Positions 9,736 to 16,931 of a stretch of DNA of 64,000 nt are shown here, piece after piece. The notes beneath the pieces were generated by a model, which saw nothing but the letters and a program-made list of their open reading frames with translations, ran no database searches and was not told the DNA's origin. Numbering within the stretch: the stretch's first letter is position 1; every line of letters starts with the position of its first letter. Source of the DNA: Gemmatimonadetes bacterium 13_1_20CM_4_69_16 (lineage in GTDB: Bacteria > Gemmatimonadota > Gemmatimonadetes > Gemmatimonadales > GWC2-71-9); assembly GCA_001919865.1 (NCBI GenBank), contig MNIR01000083.1, positions 6,216 to 70,215 of the forward strand, given 5' to 3'. The position numbers and the translations under genes are program-made.

Positions 9736-11061
9736 TCAGGGACCTCCCTTCCGTCGGTCCGCCTGCCCCTCCAGTCGCTCGATCTGCGCTCCCAGCGTGC
9801 GGAGCCGCTCATCGATCCGCTCGTAGCCGCGCTCGATCTGGCCGATGTTGTGGATCACCGAGTCCCCCTGGGCGGCGAGCGCCGCCAGCAGCATCGCCAT
9901 CCCGGCCCGGATGTCGGGGCTCTCGACTACCTGCCCGCGCAGCGGCGACGGCCCCGCGATCACCGCGCGGTGGGGGTCGCACAGCACGATGCGGGCGCCC
10001 ATGCCGATGAGCTTGTCCACGAAGAACAGGCGTGACTCGAACAGCTTTTCGAACACCAACAGCAGGCCCTCGCACTGCGAGGCGACGACGATCGCGATCG
10101 ACATCAAGTCCGCGGGGAAGGCGGGCCACGGGCCGTCTTCGAGCTTCGGCACGTGGCCCCCGAGATCGGGCCGGATGCGGCGCTCCTGGTCGGCATCGAC
10201 GACGAGCTTCGCGCCGTCGAGGCGGGGCCGCACGCCGAGCCGGTCGAACGCCATGAGGGTGGCGCGCAAGTCGTCGGGGCGCACGCCGTCGATCGTAACG
10301 GCGCCGTTCGTCACCGCGGCGAGCCCGAGGAACGACCCGATCTCGATGTGGTCGGGGCCAATCGCGAACGGGGTCGGAGGGGGGGGCGCACCCCCGGATG
10401 GGACGCGTCCCTCGATCGTCAACGTGTTGGTACCGATCCCATCGACCGTGGCGCCGAGGCCCGCGAGGAACCGGACCAAGTCCTGGACATGCGGCTCGCA
10501 CGCGGCGTTGCGGAGCACGGTCCTGCCGGGCGCGCCGAACGCGGCCATGAGGGCGTTCTCGGTGGCCGTCACGCTCGGCTCATCGAGGAAGATGTCCGCT
10601 GCGGCGAGCTTGCGCGCCTCGAGCTTGTAGGTCGTGCCGACCGTGATCTCCGCGCCCAGGCGCTCCAGCGCGAGAAAATGCGTGTCCACTCGACGGCGGC
10701 CGATCACGTCGCCGCCGGGAGGGGGCAGGCTGACGCGCCCGAAACGCGCCAGCATCGGCCCCGCGAGCAGGATCGACGCGCGGATCCGGGCGCACAGCCT
10801 TGGGTCCAGCTCGCGCGGCTCGGCGCCCGCCGTGTTCACCTCGACCGCATTCGACGCCGTCCACGCGACCGTCGCGCCGAGGTGTGCCAGCAACTCCAGC
10901 ATCGTCTCGACGTCGCGAATGTGGGGAACGTTCTCGATACGGCAGGGCCCCTCGGCGAGCAGGGTGGCCGCGAGGATGGGGAGCGCCGCGTTCTTGTTGC
11001 CCGCCGGGCGGATCGTCCCTTTGAGCGGGCGCCCGCCCGATACGCAGAACGACGGAGGCAT
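9736..11061 (-). CDS. murA: UDP-N-acetylglucosamine 1-carboxyvinyltransferase
   Basis: 441-aa track ORF. GTIRPAGNKNAALPILAATLLAEG, RDVETMLELL and the EPSP-synthase-fold repeat pattern. Confidence 0.9.
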   Translation of the reverse strand: MPPSFCVSGGRPLKGTIRPAGNKNAALPILAATLLAEGPCRIENVPHIRDVETMLELLAHLGATVAWTASNAVEVNTAGAEPRELDPRLCARIRASILLAGPMLARFGRVSLPPPGGDVIGRRRVDTHFLALERLGAEITVGTTYKLEARKLAAADIFLDEPSVTATENALMAAFGAPGRTVLRNAACEPHVQDLVRFLAGLGATVDGIGTNTLTIEGRVPSGGAPPPPTPFAIGPDHIEIGSFLGLAAVTNGAVTIDGVRPDDLRATLMAFDRLGVRPRLDGAKLVVDADQERRIRPDLGGHVPKLEDGPWPAFPADLMSIAIVVASQCEGLLLVFEKLFESRLFFVDKLIGMGARIVLCDPHRAVIAGPSPLRGQVVESPDIRAGMAMLLAALAAQGDSVIHNIGQIERGYERIDERLRTLGAQIERLEGQADRRKGGP

Positions 11062-11121
11062 AGGTCACGCAAGCTATGGGACGCCTTGCGCACACGTCAA
11101 GCGCGCGCGAACGTTCGCCGC

Positions 11122-12429
11122 GTGCATCCCGTTCTCGCGCTCGCGCTCCTCGCCACCGCGGGGTTGCTCGCGACGCGGCTGCCCCGCCTCGCCCTCCCAC
11201 CGCACCCGTCGCTCCACCTCGACGTCGCCATCGTTGCCGGCGCCCCGCTCGTGCTGGTGGGTTTGCTGCTCGGACCCGGGATCGAGCTCGTCAGCCGCCC
11301 GCTGCTCCGCGCGCTCGCGCCGGTGATCGCGCTCGCCATCGGCTGCATCGGCGCCGTGCTCGGCGCGCGCTGCGAGTGGCGCGTGCTTCGCCGCATCCCG
11401 CGCGGCGCCTGGGCGCTCGCCGCGGTCTCCGCGAGCGCCGTGTTCCTCGTCGTCGCACTAAGCGCATGGCTGCTCGCCCGGTGGATCCCGCTACTCGGGG
11501 TTGCCTGGGCTCCGCGTCTCCCCACGGTCCTCGGCCTCGCGGCGGTGGCCGCCGTGTCAGCGCCACGGACGGTCACCCGGTTGGCACGCGCGGCCGGCAT
11601 CCGGCGGACCGTGGCCCGGGCGCTCGCCCGAGCGGCAGCGCTCGAGACCGCCTGCGGGGCGCTCGCCATGACCGTCCCGCTGGTGCTCTCCCGTCCGCAC
11701 CCGGCTGCCGGCAACCCGGCGTTCGCGTGGCTGGCGTGGAGCGTGCTCGTCGGCGCCGGCGGGGCGCTCGTGAGCCTCGTGTTCCTCGCGTTGACCCGCG
11801 TCCTCCCCGCGCCTGAGCACCTCGGGTTGGAACTGCTGGGCACGCTGCTGTTCGGTGCGGGCATCGGCTACGCGACGGGCCTGTCGCCCTTCGTGGTGTG
11901 CGCGCTCGCGGCCGCCGCGATCGTCAACGCTTCGCCCCGGCGGCGCCAGGTTCAGGCGCTGCTCGCCGCTTGGGAGCAACCGGGCTACGCCCTCCTCCTG
12001 ATCCTCGTAGGCGCCCTGCTCACCCTGCCCACGCTGTGGATCCTCGTCGCCGTGCCGCTGCTCGCCGCGCTCCGCGCCGGCGCGCGCTGGGCGAGCGTGC
12101 GCTACGCCCGCGAGCCACTCAAGTTGGGCGCCCTGCCGCCGCACGCCGGGCTGGCAACCGTCGCGCAGGGGGGAGCGGCGGTGGCGCTGGGCATCAACTA
12201 TTTCCTCATGCTCGGCAGTTGGCCGGGGAACTCGAGCATTGTGGCCGCGGAGGGCGCGGGCAGCCCTGCGGGCACGGCCGGCGTGGTGCTGACGACGATG
12301 GTGCTCGGCGTGGCAGTGGCGCAGCTCGCGGCGCCCCCACTGCTGGGCCTCGTGCTCCGTCCGACGCCCGCGCCGTTGACACCCGCCCCCGCCAGCCCCG
12401 AGTTTACGACGAACGCTCCCGCGGACTGA
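11122..12429 (+). CDS. polytopic membrane protein, cation:proton antiporter-like
   Basis: 3' part of track ORF 10153..12429. Its 5' part is antisense to murA and was discarded. The in-frame GTG at 11122 gives MHPVLALALLATAGLL..., with about 11 hydrophobic segments. Family assignment is weak. Confidence 0.5.
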   Translation: MHPVLALALLATAGLLATRLPRLALPPHPSLHLDVAIVAGAPLVLVGLLLGPGIELVSRPLLRALAPVIALAIGCIGAVLGARCEWRVLRRIPRGAWALAAVSASAVFLVVALSAWLLARWIPLLGVAWAPRLPTVLGLAAVAAVSAPRTVTRLARAAGIRRTVARALARAAALETACGALAMTVPLVLSRPHPAAGNPAFAWLAWSVLVGAGGALVSLVFLALTRVLPAPEHLGLELLGTLLFGAGIGYATGLSPFVVCALAAAAIVNASPRRRQVQALLAAWEQPGYALLLILVGALLTLPTLWILVAVPLLAALRAGARWASVRYAREPLKLGALPPHAGLATVAQGGAAVALGINYFLMLGSWPGNSSIVAAEGAGSPAGTAGVVLTTMVLGVAVAQLAAPPLLGLVLRPTPAPLTPAPASPEFTTNAPAD

Positions 12430-12436
12430 CCCGAGC

Positions 12437-12850
12437 ATGATTCCTTCCTGGGTGGCGGTGGTGACGGGGATTTCCCTCGCAATCCTGGCGCTGGCGGCGA
12501 TCGCGATCGCATTGTCATCGGTGATCGCGGTGCTCGCGCTGCGGGCGTTCCTGCGCCTCCTCGAGCAGCTCGCCGGGCCTGCTGTGGGCGACGTGCGGCA
12601 GCTCGTCGGAACGATCCGAACCGAGGCGGAGAGCCTGGTGGGGACGTCACGCGAGTTGCGCGGGCGGATCGTGCAGGCGGCCGACGCGGCCGAGGCGCGC
12701 CTCGCCGATCTGGACGCGCTGTTCGAGGTGGTCCACGAGGAGGTTGAGACGACGGCGCTGGACGTGGCGGCAACGCTGCGCAACGTACGCCGCGGTCTAT
12801 CCGTGCTCGAGTGGGGGCGGCGGGCCTTGAAGCACAGGAGGAAGCGCTGA
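12437..12850 (+). CDS. DUF948-like membrane-anchored coiled-coil protein
   Basis: 137-aa track ORF with one N-terminal TM segment followed by Ala/Glu/Arg-rich helices. Confidence 0.45.
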   Translation: MIPSWVAVVTGISLAILALAAIAIALSSVIAVLALRAFLRLLEQLAGPAVGDVRQLVGTIRTEAESLVGTSRELRGRIVQAADAAEARLADLDALFEVVHEEVETTALDVAATLRNVRRGLSVLEWGRRALKHRRKR

Positions 12851-12867
12851 GGGCGAGGGATCTCCTC

Positions 12868-13800
12868 GTGGGGACGGCGGTCGCGCTCGCAGGGATCGCG
12901 CTGCTTCCCGCCGTGGCGCATGCCTGGACTCCGGGCACGCACGTCTACCTCGGCGAGTCGGTGCTCGCGAACCTGCACCAGTTGCCCGGGGCAGTCGCCG
13001 ACCTGCTGCGGGCGTTCCCCTACGACTTTCTGTACGGCAACATCGCGGCGGACACCTCGCTCGCGAAGAAATACGCGCCGGTGGGCCGGCACTGCCACTC
13101 CTGGCACGTCGGCCAGGAGATCTTCGACCTCGCGCCGACCGATCCGCTGCGCGCGTTCGGGCTCGGGTATCTCTCCCACCTCGCTGCCGACGCTGTAGCC
13201 CACAACTTCTTCGTGCCGCGCCAGCTCGTCCTCACGTCGAGCACGGCGGCGCTGGGCCACAGCTACTGGGAGAGCCGGTTCGAGACCCACCTCGGCGACG
13301 CATACGCGAAGGAGGCGAAGGAGCTCATCCTCCAGGACCACACGCCGAGCGACACCCACCTGGACACGATCATCTCGCCGACGCTATTCAGCGTCCGGAC
13401 CAGCCGGCGACTGTTCCGCGGGATGGTGCATCTCACGGAGAGCGAGAGCTGGCGCTGGGCGTTCCAGATGATCCTCGAGAATACGCGGTGGGACCTCCCC
13501 GACGCCGATGTGGAGCGCCACATGGCGGTGGCGTTCGAGTACGTGATGGAGCTGTTGGAAGTGGGAGTAGGGGAACGAGACGGCGAGGGCGCTGCCGCGC
13601 GCCGCTTGGACCCCGCGGGGGACAAGGCGCTGCGGCTCGCCAAGCAGATGCGTCGCCAGGCGTTGCAGGAAGGCGGCCGCGAGGATCCGGAGCGGATGGA
13701 GCAGACGGCGGAGGAGCACTTCGGGCTGCCGGCGCCGGCGCTCGCGTATTGGCAGGCGTCGCAGGCGCAGCGACCGTGGCGGGACCGCTCAGGCGGCTAG
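12868..13800 (+). CDS. secreted zinc-dependent phospholipase C / P1-nuclease-fold protein
   Basis: Track ORF 12811..13800. The in-frame GTG at 12868 gives signal peptide MGTAVALAGIALLPAVAHA followed by WTPGTH, the mature N-terminal Trp typical of Zn-PLC. Later His-rich motifs SHLAADAVAHNFF. Confidence 0.55.
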   Translation: MGTAVALAGIALLPAVAHAWTPGTHVYLGESVLANLHQLPGAVADLLRAFPYDFLYGNIAADTSLAKKYAPVGRHCHSWHVGQEIFDLAPTDPLRAFGLGYLSHLAADAVAHNFFVPRQLVLTSSTAALGHSYWESRFETHLGDAYAKEAKELILQDHTPSDTHLDTIISPTLFSVRTSRRLFRGMVHLTESESWRWAFQMILENTRWDLPDADVERHMAVAFEYVMELLEVGVGERDGEGAAARRLDPAGDKALRLAKQMRRQALQEGGREDPERMEQTAEEHFGLPAPALAYWQASQAQRPWRDRSGG

Positions 13801-15243
13801 CTTGTCTTCCAACACCTTCTGCGCCAGCTTCGGATCCGCTTTCCCGCGCGACACCTTCATCACCTGACCGACGAAGAACTGAATCAACTTCGTTTCGCCT
13901 TTCCTGTAGCGCACGACTTCCTGCGGGTGGGCGCCGAGCACTTCGCTCACCCAGCCGGCCACGACGCCGCTATCCGCGACCTGGACGAGCCCGAGCGCCT
14001 CGGCAACGTTGCGCGGCTCCCCACCCCGCTCCGCCACCTCGCCGAACACCCGCTTGGCGGCCTGCTGGCTCAACGTACCGCCGCGCACCAACCCGATGAG
14101 CTGCGCCAGCCCTCCGGGTGGCACGCGCAGCTGGTCCTGGTGTGTCTTCGCGTCGGCGAGCACCTCGTTGATCACCCAATTCGCAGCGAGCTTGGTGTCT
14201 GCTCCGGCGTGCACGACCGCTTCGTAGTAGTCGGCCACCGCCCGATCGCTCGTCAACACGTCGGCGTCGGCCACACTGAGGGCGTGCTGTGCCGCGAAGC
14301 GCTCGCGCTTCTTCGCGGGCAGCTCGGGCAAGTGGGTCTGCTGCTCCGCGATGAACTCCTCCGTGAGGACGAGCGGCGGCAGGTCGGGGTCCGGGAAGTA
14401 GCGGTAGTCGTGGCTCTCCTCCTTGCTCCGCTGCGGGCGCACGCTGTTCGTCTTGGAGTCGTAGAGCAGCGTCTGCTGCTCCACTACCCCGCCGCCCTCG
14501 AGCAGCGCGATCTGGCGGTCGCGCTCGACCGTCAGCGCCTTCTCGACGTAGGCGAACGAGTTGATGTTCTTCACCTCGGTCTTGGTGCCGAGCGCCGTCT
14601 CACCCGTGCGCCGCACGGAGACGTTCGCGTCCACCCGCAGGCTCCCCTTCTCCATGTCGCAGTCGGAGATGCCGGCGTACTCGAGCACTTGCTTCAGCGT
14701 CTGGAGGTAGCGCCGTGCTTCCGATGGGGAGCGGAAGTCGGGGCCCGTGACGATCTCGATGAGCGGCACGCCGCAGCGGTTCAGGTCGATGGCGGTCTCC
14801 TTCGGAAAGCGGTCGTGCAGCGACTTCCCGGCGTCCTCTTCCACGTGGAGGCGCACGATCGTCGCGGGGATGAGCCCCCGATCGGGCGACAGGTAGGACA
14901 GCGCGCCGTGCGTCGCGAGCGGCTGCTCGAACTGCGAGATCTGGTATCCCTTGGGGAGGTCGGGATAGAAGTAGTTCTTGCGGGCGAACACGCTCCTGGG
15001 GTGCACGGTGCAGCCGAGCGCGAGCGCCGCCCGCACCGCGAGCTTGAGCGCCTGCTCGTTCGGCACCGGCAACGCGCCGGGGAGCCCCATGCACACCGGG
15101 CACACGTTCGTGTTGGGCGGCGCGCCGAAGGCGGTGGAGCAGCCGCAGAACATCTTCGACACGGTGCGCAGCTGGACGTGCGTTTCGAGACCGATGACCG
15201 TCTCCCAGCCGCCCCCCCCACCCCCGCCCGCCCTCCCGGTCAC
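13789..15243 (-). CDS. gatB: Asp-tRNA(Asn)/Glu-tRNA(Gln) amidotransferase subunit B
   Basis: 484-aa track ORF. VIGLETHVQL, KMFCGCS, NVCPVCMGLPGALP. GTG start with a Gly7 N-terminal extension. Confidence 0.9.
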   Translation of the reverse strand: MTGRAGGGGGGGWETVIGLETHVQLRTVSKMFCGCSTAFGAPPNTNVCPVCMGLPGALPVPNEQALKLAVRAALALGCTVHPRSVFARKNYFYPDLPKGYQISQFEQPLATHGALSYLSPDRGLIPATIVRLHVEEDAGKSLHDRFPKETAIDLNRCGVPLIEIVTGPDFRSPSEARRYLQTLKQVLEYAGISDCDMEKGSLRVDANVSVRRTGETALGTKTEVKNINSFAYVEKALTVERDRQIALLEGGGVVEQQTLLYDSKTNSVRPQRSKEESHDYRYFPDPDLPPLVLTEEFIAEQQTHLPELPAKKRERFAAQHALSVADADVLTSDRAVADYYEAVVHAGADTKLAANWVINEVLADAKTHQDQLRVPPGGLAQLIGLVRGGTLSQQAAKRVFGEVAERGGEPRNVAEALGLVQVADSGVVAGWVSEVLGAHPQEVVRYRKGETKLIQFFVGQVMKVSRGKADPKLAQKVLEDKLAA

Positions 15244-16522
15244 GCGTCCTCCGTCGCCGGCAGGACATTGCCGGCAGACCCGCGAGGTTTGCCGTCACGA
15301 CGAAGATGTCCGACAGATACATCGCGACCGGGTCGGCGAGCTTCTCCCCCGCCTTGAACGCCGGCGTGGGCGTGGTGGGCGTAAACAGCAGGTCGACGCC
15401 GCGGTCGAACACGTTGCGGAAGTCCTGGGCGATCAAGGCGCGCATCTGCTGCGCCCGGCGGTAGTAGGCGTCGTAGTAGCCTGACGACAGCACGTACGTG
15501 CCGACGAGGATGCGCCGGCGCACCTCGGGGCCGAACCCCTTCCCTCGGGTGGTGCGGTACAGCGCCCGCACGTCGATCGCGCCATCGAAGCGCGGACCAT
15601 AGCGCGCGCCGTCGTAGCGCGCCAGGTTCGAGGACGCCTCCGCCGGGGCGATGATGTAGTACGTCGGCACGGCGTACTGGGTATGCGGCAGCGACACCTC
15701 GCGCACCGCGGCGCCCAGCTCCCGCAGCACGCGGATCGCCCGGTCGCAGGCGCGCCGCACCGCGGGGTCGAGGTCCTGGGGGAAGTATTCCTTGGGGATC
15801 CCGATCACGAACCCCTGCAGCGACTCGGGAACCGTGGGCAGCCGCAACGGATCGCGCGCCTCGCAGGTGGAGTCTTTCGGGTCACGCCCGCTGATCACGG
15901 ACAGCACGCGCGCGGCGTCGTGGACGCTCCGGCCGAACGCACCGATCTGATCGAGCGACGAGCCGAACGCCACCAGCCCGTAGCGGGACACCCGACCGTA
16001 GGTCGGCTTGATGCCCACGATCCCGCAGAACGATGCAGGTTGCCGCACTGAGCCGCCGGTCTCCGAACCCAGTCCGGCGGGCACCGCGCCCGCCGCCACG
16101 AGCGCCGCCGAGCCGCCGGACGACCCGCCCGGCACGCGCGTCTTGTCGAACGGATGGAATGCCCGCCCGTACGCCGAATGCTCGGTGGACGACCCCATCC
16201 CGAACTCGTCGCAGTTCGTCTTGCCCGCGATGAGCGCGCCAGCGTCTTTGAGCTTCGCGATCGCGGTGGCCTCGTAAGGCGAGTGGTAGCCTTCGAGAAT
16301 CTTCGAGCCGCACGTGGTGGTGAACTCGAGGGTACAGATGTTGTCCTTCACCGCGACCGGCATGCCGTACAACACGCCCGACGGATGGGCCGCCTGGGCC
16401 TGCTTTTGCAAGGACTGCCGCAACTCTTTCGACGGCGTGAGACACGCGTTGAGGCGCTTCACCTTGACGATCCGGTCCGCCGCCGCCTTGGCGCTCGCAA
16501 GCGCCTCGCCGGGATCGCTCAT
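15240..16522 (-). pseudogene. gatA: amidotransferase subunit A, apparently truncated and frameshifted at its 3' end
   Basis: Track ORF 14600..16522 is GatA-like (KDNICT, GGSSGGSAALVAAG, TANLAGLPAMS) only to about codon 420, then reads out of frame through gatB. A TGA at 15240-15242 in another frame overlaps the gatB GTG. Confidence 0.6.
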
Positions 16523-16535
16523 CGTCCGTTTCTGT

Positions 16536-16622
16536 CGCGGCTGAAGCCGCGGCTCGGCGCTGCCGCTGCAGCGGCCATGGGCCCGTTTACGGGCAGACGC
16601 CGAGCCGCGAGTTCACTCGCGC
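16536..16622. repeat. palindromic intercistronic element, copy 1 (gatC-gatA spacer)
   Basis: CGCGGCTGAAGCCGCGGCTCGGCGC ... GGCAGACGCCGAGCCGCGAGTTCACTCGCG. Both ends are almost identical to 61315-61391. Internal 12-bp stem CGCGGCTCGGCG/CGCCGAGCCGCG plus two terminal tetraloop hairpins. Confidence 0.75.
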
Positions 16623-16625
16623 GTC

Positions 16626-16931
16626 TCACTGACCCTCCTCTTCGAATTGACCCAGTTTTGGCACCAGAAAGAACCCGCTCCGGAACGCGGGCGCGAGCTC
16701 GCTGGGCCCGAACGCGAGCGGCCACGGCTTCACCTCGTCGACCCTGAAGCTCACGGCATCGGGGCCCGGCACGAACGGCTTGGCGCTCTCGCTCGCCGGC
16801 ACGGCCCCGATCTGGGCGACGAACTCGAGGATGCGCGACATCTGCTCCGTGAGCACCGGCAGCGTCGCCTCGTCTACATCGAGCTCCGCCAGCCGCGCGA
16901 TCTTCAACACCTCTTCATGCGTGACGCTCAT
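16626..16931 (-). CDS. gatC: amidotransferase subunit C
   Basis: Last 101 codons of track ORF 16626..17453. MSVTHEEVLKIARLAELDVDEATL is typical of GatC. ATGA overlap with the pcrA stop. Confidence 0.85.
   Translation of the reverse strand: MSVTHEEVLKIARLAELDVDEATLPVLTEQMSRILEFVAQIGAVPASESAKPFVPGPDAVSFRVDEVKPWPLAFGPSELAPAFRSGFFLVPKLGQFEEEGQ

Noticed and set aside
10153-11121. The 5' third of the 758-aa ORF 10153..12429
   Set aside because: It is antisense to murA and not protein-like. Membrane-protein character begins only after the murA start, so the gene was trimmed to the in-frame GTG at 11122.
14600-15239. The 3' 220 codons of the 640-aa ORF 14600..16522
   Set aside because: This part overlaps gatB in another frame and is Arg/Gly-rich nonsense (CRRRRTRDREGG...). 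Only the first ~420 codons are GatA-like. I treat it as read-through after a disrupted gatA end, not as a real extension or a GatA-GatB fusion.
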